From NCBI GenBank assembly GCA_030248215.1, contig JASANG010000443.1, positions 186,001-250,000 of the forward strand: DNA of 64,000 bases. The letters are read 5' to 3'. The translations under genes and the position numbers were made by a program. Of this stretch, positions 37,318 through 50,876 are shown in pieces. The notes beneath the pieces were generated by a model. It was not told the DNA's origin and searched no databases. It saw only the letters and a list, made by a program, of their open reading frames with translations. This DNA is from Enoplolaimus lenunculus (taxonomy: Eukaryota). Each line of letters starts with the position of its first letter. Positions within the stretch are counted from its first letter, which is position 1.

Positions 37318-38959
37318 GTTTTATGAATATATCTCCATCGTCTATGGTGATAGTTTTTCGTTGCACGGATGTGAAATAAATATCATATCTTTGGTGAATA
37401 TTTTCAAGCGCACGCAAAAAAAGTAATTCTGAATTGATCCAGAAAAGTATTTTTATGGCAAATTTGAAAAGTTTTTCTCATATTTAAGACAATTTTTCTA
37501 AAAGCAACAAGAAAACGTTTCTTTTTAGACTTCGTTTCAAACCGTTTATGAAAACTTTTCTGTTATAACCGAAATACTTTTCAAGTGCACCTTGTTAAAC
37601 ATATTTCTCAAATGTAAGAAATTTTTTCTTAACTATCAGAAATATTATTTTCAGTGCAGGCCCGTAGCCAGCTCACCTTGCTAGGAGAGCCAAAACTATT
37701 TCATGTGGGGTATACAAGGGTTTTCGGTCACAATCAAGCAAGGTGCTAATTTTTCTGGGGGGCCAAGTTGTTCTAGTGAGGGCTGAGCCCCGCTTCCACC
37801 GTTATACGGGCTAGTTTCCAAGTATTGATTTAAATTAATGATTAATTTCGACAATTTATTAATGTTCAAGAAATGAACACATGAAAATAGGGGTACGAGT
37901 ATCCCCCTAGATTTCGCATTGTCCGATACCACCATCTTTATAAAATTCTACAAATTTACGAATTTTTGTATTTAATACCAAAATAGCGTTGACTACTTTG
38001 CTTGTTTCGTTCGCGAACTTTCTTTTACTGCTGCGCCTCTGTACAATTTACTGCCGTTTTCTCAATAACCTGGTGCTTTCCTGCTCAGCGGTCAAAAACT
38101 TGAACGTCCAGGGCATTGAGATCCGTTATGTTTATGTCACCAACCAACCAACGGCGTTTAGAAACTTATTTTTGTTGATTGTGACCCTACAGGTACCCAA
38201 TTACTAGAATATTTATGAGAATTTTATTACAATTTATTAGCTATGTATTTAAAATTTGATGACATTTTTCATTTTATAATTTTTCAGCAAAAATGAACAA
38301 ATATATCAGTCAAACGGGAACACACCTAAGCTGCCCGATTGATGCAAAAAAGCTAAATTTTAATAAAATAAGTATTGTTTTAAATTTTTCAACTTAAGTT
38401 GAGATAATTTTCTGAGTTGAAATTGAGTCCAACTTCGGTTGACCAGACAACTTTTTCACGAATTTGCTAAAATTAGTATGTATAGCTTTATAGATTTCCT
38501 AAGAATATTGCATCGTTTATGACTACGGCACATGTAAAGATCAGGGTCGAAACGTTTTTCACGGGACAGACCCAATGTAAAGAACAGGGGCAGAACAGTA
38601 TTATAACCATATTCCTAAGGCTAAGCCTACGCATAAGCCTAAGCCAAACAAATAAATTAGTCAAAGCTTCCGCTTGCGCTATTGCAGTCCCATAGACTTT
38701 CGATGAAAGTAAAGTCGCTCTGATTTAATTTACGAAAACAGTATTAAAAAGTTTAAACATTTGAACAAAAATTTTGAAACTTTTTTAATAGTTGCAGACA
38801 AATATAAGTTTGATCGACCATAGCACCTCCACAAATCTGAAGCACGAGTACTCAACGATTGAAATTTCCGATGAGCTTTATAGATGTTCAATTTTTTCAA
38901 ACTTAAGTTTAACTTTTAATCGACCATATGTGAATTTCATAAATTTCCAAAATCAGTAA

Positions 38960-39230
38960 AGCCCTGTTCATACGTGCAAGTTTTTGAGAAGTTGCAGCTG
39001 CAACTTGCACTTGCAAGTATTGTTCAAAATCCCGTTAGAAAAACACGCAGCTGAAAATAATTCATTAAAAATCATAGCTAGGAATTTAGTTCACATGTGT
39101 GAATAACCATGCAAGTTCACTGAATATACTGCAGCCGTTTTCTCATCGGCTGATGAAAAAAACGCAAGTTCTGCGTGCAAATTGCAGCTGCAAGTTCTCG
39201 CAGCAAAAACTTGCACGTGTGAATGCGGTT
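38960..39230. mobile_element. PIF/Harbinger-like MITE
   Basis: TAA|AGCCCTGTTCATACGTGCAAGTTTTTG..CAAAAACTTGCACGTGTGAATGCGGTT|TAA; copies at ~51294-51536 and, partial, at ~55065. Confidence 0.75.
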
Positions 39231-42200
39231 TAATAAAGAATTCAAATTTTTTGACCAAAAATATAATTATATAATTTTTAACAGCTGTAGTTAAATCCAA
39301 CTTTGATCGATCATAACTCATTTCATTTCCTTGTTCCGCCGCTCACAGCCACCAACAAATTCAAAGTTAGCCGTGAATCTCGTTCCGTCCCGTAGACAGC
39401 TTACCTTGCTACTGGGCTTAAACTTATTTTAGAGGGGCATTCAACAGGTTTCAATGACTTACAAACAAAACTGAAAACTTTCTAGGGGGGGCAAAATTTT
39501 TCCACCCCCATCGGTCCCTCTGACTTTGGCTATTGGCCCGAATCTAGTATTTAACCATAAACCTGGTTTCAACCTTATGATGCCAGATTGAACGACTGAG
39601 AGATAGAAAGAGAGCGAGATCAGCTTTTTTCGCACATGTAACTTGATCTACTGAACGGTTTTATCGCAGTATTTTACCATTTCTACATATGCTACTACTT
39701 GCCGGCGGGCGTATCCCAGGGGTTATAAGAGATATATTCATTGCGAATGGTTTGACAAAACTGAGCAAAAGATGACACTTTTACAAGCTGTAAAATAGCA
39801 GAGGTAAAATAATTTTCGCGTTCGCTACTCTCGCTTGCAAAAGCTACTTTTCACAGCGGCTGCTCCCGTCTGCAGTGAAATTCCGACTCACGTCACTGGT
39901 ATCGGGAGAGATTTTTGAAAATATATTTTTTACTCAAAATCAGCTTTTTTAATTTTTTCTTTTTAAATGTCGATGTACCGCATTGATGTTGTTGTTAAGT
40001 CGGTTAATTTGAGTTTAAATTTTTTAAAAACAATTGAAATTTGAAATTTTGAAATATATATTATTAAACTATACCGCTACGCTAGAGCATGATGTCCGTT
40101 TACGGTCGCGTTTCTTGTCGACCACGGCTATCATGAGCTCGTTTTGAAAATGATCCCGTGATAGGTTTCGTTTAGATTTTGTGGCACCGTTGATAAAATT
40201 ATTGTGAACAACGTATTTATCGTGCGAGACAATTATAGTTTAGTGTTAGCCTAATCTCTCGCTCTCAGGCGCTTGGTTTAAACTAAACCAGCACTGCTGA
40301 AATGGAGATGATGGGGGGTGTGAGATAGGACAAGGTTCTTGCGTGCGACCCAGTTGATAAAAACCCGGGGTTTTTATTGGCTTGTCCAATTTTGTAGACA
40401 CACCGAATCAATTACCATTAAAGAAAGTTTAATCTTCGATCACTGTAAATTTCAGTGAGTTGATTTTGAATCACTAATTTTGAGTTAGTGCTATCAGAAC
40501 TCAAAATCTTGAGTTGATTCAATTCATTCTTAGTTAATGAATAAACTCCGCCAGAGACAACTCAACTCAGAGTGAGAATCAACTCAACTCAGAGAGTGAG
40601 TTAATGTTTACTGATATTAATTCAGAAATAACCAGCTCGCTCGCTGATTTGATTAATCAACTCATTGCAATTTACAGTGTAAGTATATTAGAAAGGCAGC
40701 AAGTATATCTTTCGCTCGCTACGGTTACTTGTGAACAAAGCTTCAGCATAATGTTATCCTCTCACAAAATGAATTCTTGACAAACACCCCTATCGAAGAA
40801 TCGTTAAATAACGGGTGGCACCATTGCAACGTTTATCTCGGGTCAAAATTACTGCTTACAGCATTTAGAAAATGGAACCAAAAAGCTATCTGGTCCATTG
40901 TTCGTTAAAGCTTTTTTAGGTTATTTGAATACATTTAATTTGACCAATTTTTGGTTATAATTTACAATTAAAGGTATGACCAGTATAAAGAACAGCGGTG
41001 GAACAGTATTACAAGCATACTCCTAAGCCGAAGCCTAAGCGTAAGAATGAGCATATTCGTAAGCCTAAGCCTAAGTAAGCAAAAAATTAATCTAAAGCTT
41101 AAGCTTATTCCATTGCAGTTTCACAGATCAACGTTCCGCCCCTGATCTTTACATGGGCCAAAAGCATTTGTTTCGTTACAAAAGATTTGTTAGATACACG
41201 TTAGAGCAATTTTAGTTCCTACCGTTATTAACTATTGAGTGACAGAGGGGTCCACTGAATAGTGTACCAGGGGGGACGGAGGTCTCCCGTTATTCGAAGC
41301 CCGTTTACGCTCAAATCTTATTCTAAAAACCAGAAAAATTGCAATGGATCTGGTTCTATTGAATAATCTTTAACAATCTACCGTATCTACTTTAACTGTC
41401 AATAAATTCAGTCGTTTTTAGTTCACGCCCCCGCAAGCCAAATATCTTGGTACAGCGGTTGGCCCATGTAAAGATCAGGGACGTAACGTGTTTCTACGGT
41501 ACTCTGCAATAGAGTATGTTTAAGCTTTGGACTATTTTTTGTTTAGTCTTTTTAGGTATACTGCTCATTCTTACGCTTATGTTTTAAGGATCAGGTTTCG
41601 GCTTAGGGATATGTTTATACTACTGTAATGGTGTTGTTTTAATCATTAGCGCAGTTTTGTTGTAGAAATCGCCTCAAAAACTAAAACGCTATTTTAAACA
41701 CTTTTCACGAGTCAAATCGCTTCTTTAAAAAAGATTTTCTTTGTAAATGGAGAAACTCTGAAATGAATAGCTAGCGTATCTGAACGCTCTTTAGTAAACG
41801 TTTTCAGTATTTGTCAAAATGCTATTTTCTCATCAATATACATCATTTTACATAATGCAAAAAGCGTTTTTGCATATTTGACACTATTTCTCTACACTGC
41901 AAATTGCAATGAGTTAATTAATCAACTCAGACGGAAACTTAGTTATTTTGAATTAACAACAGAAAACTTTAGCTCACTCTGAGTTTCGTTGATTCTTGCT
42001 CTGATCGGAGTTGATTCCAGAGAAGTTGATTTGAATTAAATCAAAATGAAGTTGAATCAACTCAAAATTATGCAGTTCTGATACTCCTGACTCAGACTGA
42101 GTCATTCAATTCATTCTGAGTTAAAATCAACTCACTAAAATTTACAGTGCAGCACTGCAGTTCAATTTCTGTTGCAAGACTCGAGTTTCACTTTTGTTGG

Positions 42201-45200
42201 ACCTTCAAAATGCTATTAAAGCTTTACGTTGAACGTTGTGGCGAGTTGAAACTGAAGCTTATTTTTTAAGTCTGAGAGACCACAATGTAAATATTGAAAC
42301 GAACTAAAATTTCATCTCCAGAACGCCATTGTGTCTAGCAAATTGTAAGCTAAGAACCATTTAACGAAGCGTAGAAGCCACACAAATGAAAACCTTGTCA
42401 GTTTTCAATATCGCCAATCTGAATGACGATTTGTAGAACTTTAAGTTTCAGTTGAAAAGTATCTGCTTGCAAGCCATTAATATTAATAAAATATGACATA
42501 TAGTTTCTACTGAATATCATATGAGCCCCCTACATTTTGAAAATACAAGGTGCGCCCCATGCTGTTTTTGGCCATATGTAATCATCAGGGGCGGAACGTG
42601 TTTTGCTGTGGGACAAGAAAAGAGTAAGCTTAAGCTTTAGACTAATTTTTTTTGATTGGCTTAAACTTAGGCTTAGGTTTAGGCTTAGGAATAAGCTCAT
42701 TCTTACGCTTAGACTTAGGTTTAGGCTTAGGCTTAGAATACTAATACTGTTCCGCCCCTGTTCTTTACATTGGTCCTGTTATTTTGAGTTTGGTAAACAA
42801 ATAGCGACGAAGAGATGAATAAATTTAGATTCAGTATATTTTGTTGAGTTTTTAATGCTTTCTGTGAGTATGTTTGTACAGGCGATTGCTAATATATTAC
42901 ACGCCAATCAAGGCGTAAGCCGTAGCGTTGCGCTACGCTGTAAATTCTGATGAGTTGATTAAGCAATTCAGAGGGAGAATTAGTTATTTCTGGATATTGC
43001 TGAGTTAATAACAGTCAATGTTAACTCACTATGAGCTGATATAATTCCGGATGAGTTAATTACAATGAGTTCAATCAATTCAGAATTCTGACTTGTGAAA
43101 GACCTAATTCAGAGCTCAGGCTTCTGAGTTTGATTCAACTCATTCTGAGTTAAAATCAACTCAATGGAATTTACAGGGTGTACTTTTTAATTATTTTAAT
43201 GTCGTCAGTCACCGTGCGTCACGAGCGGGGTCATACGCGATTTACTCACGTGCGATACCGTACGGTGATGAACAATTGTACCCGGTGACGGATGGCGCCC
43301 TACGGCAAGCATGACGCAACCCTCACTGTAAATTCCAATGAGTTGATTTTAACTCAAAATGAGTTGACTCGCTAAGTCTCAGTTAGGACTATCAGAACTC
43401 ATAATTTTAAGTTGATTCAACTCATTCTGATTTAATTAGTCAACTCCCACGGAGTCAATTCAACTCAATGAGAGAACTTGACACAGAGTGAGCTAAAGTT
43501 TACTGTTATTAACTCAGAAATAACTAACTTTTCGTTCTGACTTGATTAAATAACTCATTAGAAATCACAGTGCAACAGAGCTGAAAATTTTGCAATGCAA
43601 ATTTCTTAGCTACCGGTGTATTTTCATTGGTTAAATAATTGCAATTTGTCACTTTAACCAATTTACCAATCAAAACGTTGGTATTTTGACCTGATACTAT
43701 TTTGACAATTCTAATTTTAATAACTAAATATTTTAGTCGTTATTTTTCTGTCCAGTACCGAACAAATGCTAAATTTCTCAAAATCTTACGCAATCTCATC
43801 AGAAAACCAAAAAAATCATTATGAAACCTGTACGATTTTGCCAAAATATTTCGCCTACTTACGTTGTTTTTTCTGGTTTAACTTTAATATTTCTATGACC
43901 GAGTTTGGCATAAAATAGACCAAACTTCGTGTACCTAATAATTAAATTGTAAAAGTTCAAAAATAATATTTCTTACTTTTGCCTAAAACCTAGAGAATCG
44001 ACCAGAATTTGAGTAGTTTTCAAATGATTTTACAAGGTATATATATTATTATCTTTCAGGGTTTTCATGTACTGGTTCGATCGAGCCTAAATTGTTTTGT
44101 CTACTTAAAATTAATATATTTTTAGCATTTTTTGCCACAAAAATTGTCAAAATAATTTTCGCGTAACATGTGAAAATATTAATAAATTCACAACAACCAG
44201 TCTCCTCCCCCCACCGTCAGGTTTGCGATGCTTTTGTTTTGGTTCTATGCGATATTTTAAACAAACCAGATTTGCTAACGTCACTTAGTTATTGACGCAA
44301 GCATGAATTTAGGTCAAAACTACTTTCAGAGGCGATTGGGCTGTGCCTACAAACTTTGCATTGGGATTCTGGTTTTAAGAACTTTGTCTCTGAGAGTGAT
44401 TACATTTTAGGAAACAAATTTATTGTTTTGTCCAATGCGTTATACCAGTTTTGGTCAATGTTACTTTTAAGACAGTGGAATCGGCCAAAATCTAAACGCA
44501 TAAGCTTAAACTAACAAAGTTAAAGCATAAACTTTAACGCAGGGCCGGGACAAAACCACCACCCATAGCACCCGTTTGGGGGGACCCACCCCTAAAGGGG
44601 CCCACACCCCTAACCGGATTAAACAAAAACAGCCGAAGTTTGTTAAATACGTCTGGCTTCTCGTCCGCTTCGCTCGCGAATTTGACACTATCTTTACCTT
44701 TCCGCGATTTTTTATAAATTGCTTTAGACACTACACAGGTGTTATAATAACCGCCAGGCTGTTAATTGCCCACAAATTTTCTCACTCACTACACTCGCTG
44801 GCTTACAATTTTGCTTAAGATAAGATAACTCTCATGAAACGAAATAATAAAGAAAGAAATAAAAGAAATTTTTGAGTTTTTGAGACGGTCTGGAGGCCGT
44901 CTCTATTATTAGCAGTTTATGTTTTGGGTGTAGCAATTTTTCAACCCCAACGCGGAAGTTATCAATTTAAAACTATTTAATAAATCCATTGTTTTTTAAA
45001 TAATCGAACCTTTTCAGAAATTTTATTAGCAAAAATTTGTCAAAAATTTGATATTTTTAAAATGTTGCTGAAAAGTGGAAACCCTATAACTGATCTTTTA
45101 GTATATTAAACTTCGCTTTTTGATTGGGGTCCAAATCTCTAACTCTTTCTGTGGCTACCCGATTGGAAATGACAAATGTTTGGCATTGAGACAATTGTCG

Positions 45201-46587
45201 TTTTGCAATCTTCGCTTCGGCAATTGTCACGTTTGGGCAGTTAGTTGTCATTTGGGCAATTGTCGTAGACCCATTTTAAACAATCCGCATATCTGTTTTG
45301 GGCCTTTTCCGTTATACTTCCACTAGCCGTCGTTTGTCCAAAAAAATATAATTTCGGAAAATTTTGCATATTTGTTGCTTTTTCATGACCTCACCTGATA
45401 ACCAAGTATGAATTTTTAAATTACAAATTATCCATTTTGGCGTACAATCATTTGTCAAGTTGAAATTGTAGACAACTCATTTGTGTTTCATTAATATAAA
45501 GCAAAAGTATTGCGTTTTTTGTTAATAAAACAATGGCTGACATTTGGCACTAATTATTTGGTTTTGGTCGAAAATTTAAGTAAACCCAGCGAGCGATTGA
45601 GAAAATTATTTTCGCAAACTTCTGAGTGCGTTTTTACAAAACATCATTTTTTCAGCAAATCTGCCATTAAAATTGCGTTGAACTTTTGCGTAAAAATGTC
45701 AAATTTGAAACTTTTGGCGAAAAAAAGTTTCAAAGAGCTCTTGAAGCTTAAAAATACTGATTTTAACTGAAATCTGATCTGAGTTTGGAAGAATTATTCT
45801 CCGGTTCATTTAAATGCCGACAATGAAAACGGTATTTTTGCTCTATTTTGAATAGTTTTCACAAGTTTGTGTCATCGAACTCACAATCTCGATTGTAAAT
45901 CGCACTGAAGTATTGTCAGCACTTTTAGTTCAGCCTCAGGAAGACAATCTGTTTTAGCCAAACGCTTATCACAAACTGCGGCCAATGTAAGGCAGTAAAC
46001 AGCCGTACAAGCATATTCCTAAGACTAAGCCTAAGCCTAAGCGTACGAATGATGTTTTACCTAAAGCCTAAACCTAAGCCTAAGCGTAAGAATGAGCTTA
46101 TACCTAAGCCTAAAACCTACGCAAAAAATAGTCTAAATCTTAAGCTTAACCTATTGCAGTCCCACAGAGAAACGTTCCGCCGTTGAGTTTTTACACAAAC
46201 CGAAGCTTCTTGACAATCAAGTGTTGAGGCAGAATAATTAGTCGCACATAAATAAGATGTAAAAATGGTGAGTCAAATTGACTCTCTCCGAAATAGGGTT
46301 TTTTGACTACACAAACTGAGTCAAAATTCGACTCCGCCAGAGTCAAATTCGACTCAATTTGACTCTGGTGGAGCGTTTGACTCATGCGGAGTCGAATTTT
46401 GACTCAGTTTGTGTAGTCAGAAAAAGCCTCCTATTTCGGAGAGACTCAATTTGACTCACCATTTTTTGCAGTGTAGTATAATAAATACATATATCTGTGT
46501 AGAATTATCAACCAAAACTATTAAAAAGCGTATCATTAAAAACTGTTAATTTTGGTAGAAATTTTGAAAAAAATTGAAAAAAACAAA

Positions 46588-46696
46588 ATGATTCTAAGTT
46601 CAACGACAGAAAGTGCGTTCAGTGATACGTATCTGATTCGTCAACCGCCGTCCGAGTGCAGTAACAACAACGATTGGAATAGGCCTAAGGCGAAAG
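46588..46696 (+). CDS. Putative proximal (alternative) first coding exon of the SLC1 gene
   Basis: aaaATG MILSSTTESAFSDTYLIRQPPSECSNNNDWNRPKAK + G|GTAAAC donor (109 nt, phase 1), in frame with the acceptor at 47634. Confidence 0.55.
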
Positions 46697-47634
46697 GTAA
46701 ACAACCGCTGGTTCAAGTCTGCTAATTGTGCAGAATGTTTAATGTTTTAGGAGCCCCATTAGGTTTGCGTTAGTAATTTATGGTAGCGAGCCCTCAGCCA
46801 GGGTGGATGGGCTCAGGTTGCCCTGGTAGTTTGGTGTAGAATGATTTTGGCGAACCCTAGAAAATTGTCAATCTTGGTTGTAAGTGAACGAAAACCCCTT
46901 GTATGCTTCTTGTGAAATATTTTTTGCTACTCCAAGTAAGGTTAGCTGGTTGCGAGCCTACATGCTAGGGTCTGATTGAAGGAGCCTGTTCATTGGATTA
47001 TCCATAGTTTGTCCACGTTTTCTATGCTGTCTTTGTGTATATATTCTATTAGTAGTTAAGATTGGTAGGATTTGGGCTAGCAATGATTTGCATAACTTTT
47101 AAAAAAAAAACAAATTTTTGCAGTTATTTAAAATGAGTAGTATTGGCTTCGCATGCTACGCAAACCATGTGCGGATCCCGTTGGGATCTCAGGATCGGAT
47201 CCATACCAAAACAGCACAAAATACAAAAGACTGTGTTGTAATTTTATGCTAAAATTGCGTCTGGCTTCTAGCTCGCGTACACTGTAAATTTCAGTGAGTT
47301 GATTTCAAGGCAGAATGAGTTGAATCAATCAGTCTGAGTTAGGACTATCAGAACTCAGAACATTGAGTTGCTTCAATTCATTCTGAGTTAATTAGTTATC
47401 TCACCCAGAGTCAACTCTATTCTAAGTGACAATCAACTAAACTCACAATGAGTTAATGTTTACTGGTTATTAATTCAAAAATAACCAACTCGCTAGCTAA
47501 AGTGATTAATCAACTCATTGGAATTTACAGTGTAGTTACAGTGTAGCTCGCTGGTTTTTCTTCTATCATATGCAGATTTGTACTGGGTTTTGAGAAAAGC
47601 CCGCTGGTACGCATTAATGTCCTGCCTATTTCAG

Positions 47635-50431
47635 ACCGTAAACGCTCACCAATGGCAGCCCGATTCCGGCGATTTACGTACCGGGCGTCCGCCGGCTTTC
47701 GACGGGCGACTCGTCAACGAAGCATTCACAAGGCTCACCATCCAGACGCACCACCACCGCCGGCGTCAGTAATGTGTAAACATTTACGCCCTGAAAACCT
47801 ACTACTCTTATTCACGCTAATTGCCGTTATGATCGGATCCGGAATCGGCCTGTCACTGAATCCGTACTTCTACGGTCGAAAATTATCGCCCCGCGAGTTG
47901 ATTTATCTCAAATTTCCTGGCGATATGTTTTTGCGAATGCTTAAAATGCTTATTATCCCGATGGTCATCGCTAGCAACGTATCCAGTATAGCGTCGTTGA
48001 ATTCGAAAGCTGCCCGCTGGTTGGCTGGTTTATCGATTGCCTACTATGTTATTACGAGTGTTATCGCTGTTCTGGTCGGCACAATCCTGACGTTGTTAAT
48101 TCAACCAGGTCTTCATAAGCAGTCACAAATTCGCACTGGATTTCTGACAGCGTCCGAAGCCGCCGCTCGGGCCGCGAGCCTTAAAAATCGAGGCAGTCTA
48201 CGGCTGTTAGATTCGTTTTTGGATTTGCTACGAAATTTAATGCCCGAAAATTTGGTTCAAGCAAGCGTTCAACGCGACGGCATGAGATGGATCCGACGCG
48301 AAGCGACACCGGTGGAAACGATGTACTTGAACGCAACTGCGCACCGGTACAACTTTAAGCTGCCGGGTGTCGCGATTAAGCTCACCCCTGACGGCGAAAT
48401 GCATTCGTTAGACGAGGGTCTCGACGAAAACGGAACGATCCCGGAAATCAATTGGACTCTTCCGAGGTTTATGGTCGAAGACGGCGTTAACGATCCGCAA
48501 AAGGGTACCAATATTCTAGGGCTGATCGTGTTCTCGATTATGTTCGGCATCGCTGTTCGCAATTTAGGCCACGAGGCGTCTGTGTTGGCCGAACTGTTCC
48601 ACGCTCTCAGACGTACCATGGTCTACTTAGTATCAATTGTAATGTGGATCTCACCAATGGGAATCATGTGTTTAATCGCTGAACAAATTGCTAAAGAGGA
48701 TGAACTGTTAGAATCGTTATCTCTGCTAAGTCTTTACGTGGCGACAGTGATGACCGGACTTATCATTCATGGTATACTGGTTTTACCGTTTTTACTGTAT
48801 ATTTTCACACGCCGCAGTCCTATAGCGTTCGCATCTCGTATGCTTCAAGCGTTGATGTGTGCCCTAGGGACGGCATCGAGCACCGCTACCCTACCCTGTA
48901 CGATCCGATGCTTAGAAGCCGGCAATAATATCGATCCGAGGGTGACACGATTTATGCTACCCCTGGGTACAACGGTCAATATGGACGGGACGGTAATGTA
49001 CGAAGCGGTCGCAGTAATCTATATCGCTCAACGTTTAGGCGTCAACCTGAGCGTCTCCGATATTTTAATGATCGATCTGAGCGCAACCCTGGCCGGAATG
49101 GCGGCGGCGTCGATGCCGTCCGCAGGACTGATAACGATGGCGATGGTCCTTATGTCAGTAGGACTCGATTCAAAATCAGTAACTCTCATTCTGCCTGTTG
49201 ATTGGTTCTTGGATCGATTTCGAACTACAGTAAACGTTCTTGGAGACGCTGTTGGCGCAGCGATCGTTTCGAAACTTTGCGAAGTGAAATTGATGGAAGA
49301 AGGCCCGTTGGACGCAAGCCAGGTGCCGGATCTTACCGAAGCAATTATTGACTTTCCTGGCGGGCTACAAGATGTTAATTTAGGCGAATTGGAGCATACA
49401 GTAGCATCACGAAGAGCTTCGATGGCAAGCAATCAAGTATCAATGGCGGAACGCGGCGAAATATGGTCTCCAAGTGGCAACTTGGCCACTTCTGGAACGA
49501 TTCTACCAGGCGAGATGTCTCGACAACAACAAATCGCCTATGGGTTACGGTATCGAGATTCGTTTGATGATGCCGACCATGTGCAGACAATGGAAAGACG
49601 AAACTGGATTAGTGGAGACGGCGATTCTTTTGATGATTTCAATGACGACAGAGCTCGAACAAGAAACCCAGACGACTACAATGATGATCTGGGCGTGGAA
49701 AATCAGGACACTGTCCCGTGGCGAAAAATGAACGGAAATCTTGGATTTGGTAAAAATAATGGCGGTGATCAACAAGGCCGGGTATGGAGCAGCAAACGTG
49801 CGTCTACCGTAGAAGCAATCGGAATCGCAGCGTTAACTGCGGCAAAAATAGCTGCAAATCCTGCAGTGATTCGAGATTACCAACAAAGTATACAACATAG
49901 CGACGTGGACGTTCCGTCTTCAAGTAGCTTACGACCGCCAAGCAACGAACACTTAACCGCTTGGGACTACCAGCAACATTCAAATCATATTTCACCGTTG
50001 CAAAGTCCAAAAATTCATGGACAGAGCAGTCGCCGGGGGTCAAAATATAGTCGTAGTCAACAAATTAAACGAAATTACCAAAGTCATAACCAGTATCATC
50101 CTATTGTACCGTTCGAAGATGATTACCGTGTAGTAGGATGGAGTCGGAACAATACTGCTAAGTATTCGCGATCTAATCAAAAGAATGATGATCTATCTTG
50201 GTATCAGAGCTCTCCAAGTCGACGAAATTTAATCCAAAACTACTACGCCCCAGCAGCATATCATGCAAATAGCTCTAATTATAGGAGTAATTATGACAAT
50301 TCAAGAACCAATCAAAACGAACAAAAACATAAAGCAAACGAACAACGCAATTCACCGACAAACTATTATCAGTATGAACGCCAGCAATATCATCAGCAAA
50401 AGGAACAACAATCACCATCACCACCACCATC

Positions 50432-50468
<37 letters not shown>

Positions 50469-50474
50469 CCACAA

Positions 50475-50505
<31 letters not shown>

Positions 50506-50508
50506 CGC

Positions 50509-50549
<41 letters not shown>

Positions 50550-50551
50550 CC

Positions 50552-50588
<37 letters not shown>

Positions 50589-50876
50589 CCACAACAACCA
50601 CAACAACAACCACAACAACCACAACAACAACAACAACAACACCAAAACGTTCGGGAATCGCCAATCATAATCCGACGTGAAGCATCTCGAGATTCGAGTT
50701 CAAATTTTAGCCAATCAGCGTCGAATAAACCCAACACAATCAATTCTTCTGGCTTAGAACCAACCGCCAGTAACGTCATTTCTAACCAATTAGAAGCCAG
50801 CAGTGCTAGTAGCAAGACTAATTCACGAGCTTGCGTCTACGTAGTTGATGATGATACGTTAGTGCTGAAATTCTAG
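47635..50876 (+). CDS. SLC1 family (dicarboxylate/amino acid:cation symporter) excitatory amino acid/glutamate transporter, main exon (ORF from ATG 47652, 1074 aa)
   Basis: Motifs FPGDMFLRMLKMLIIP, NLMPENLVQA, NILGLIVFSIMFG, GTASSTATLP (HP1), RFMLPLGTTVNMDGTVMYEAVA (TM7), PSAGL (HP2) and DWFLDRFRTTVNVLGD (TM8). A TTTCAG acceptor ends at 47634. The long low-complexity C-tail contains polyQ. Confidence 0.95.
50433..50645 (+). repeat. (CAA)n microsatellite encoding a polyQ tract
   Basis: About 70 codons, nearly all CAA with CCA/CCG/CAT/CAC interruptions, in frame within the SLC1 ORF. Confidence 0.95.

Noticed and set aside
37989..38207. Possible coding or transposase fragment
   Set aside because: No recognisable motif, stops in the best minus frame and no convincing splice pair.
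46559..46696. Using this segment as an internal exon directly after 22450
   Set aside because: Joining T|AA at the TTTTGGTAG acceptor creates a stop codon, so it is treated as an alternative first exon instead.
50263..50815. PolyN, polyV, polyL and polyC ORFs
   Set aside because: Alternative frames and strands of the (CAA)n tract.
47652..50876. Bacterial origin (HGT or contamination) of the intronless transporter
   Set aside because: It has eukaryotic EAAT features (long TM3-4 loop, YE motif, polyQ tail), a splice acceptor, and host MITEs on both sides.
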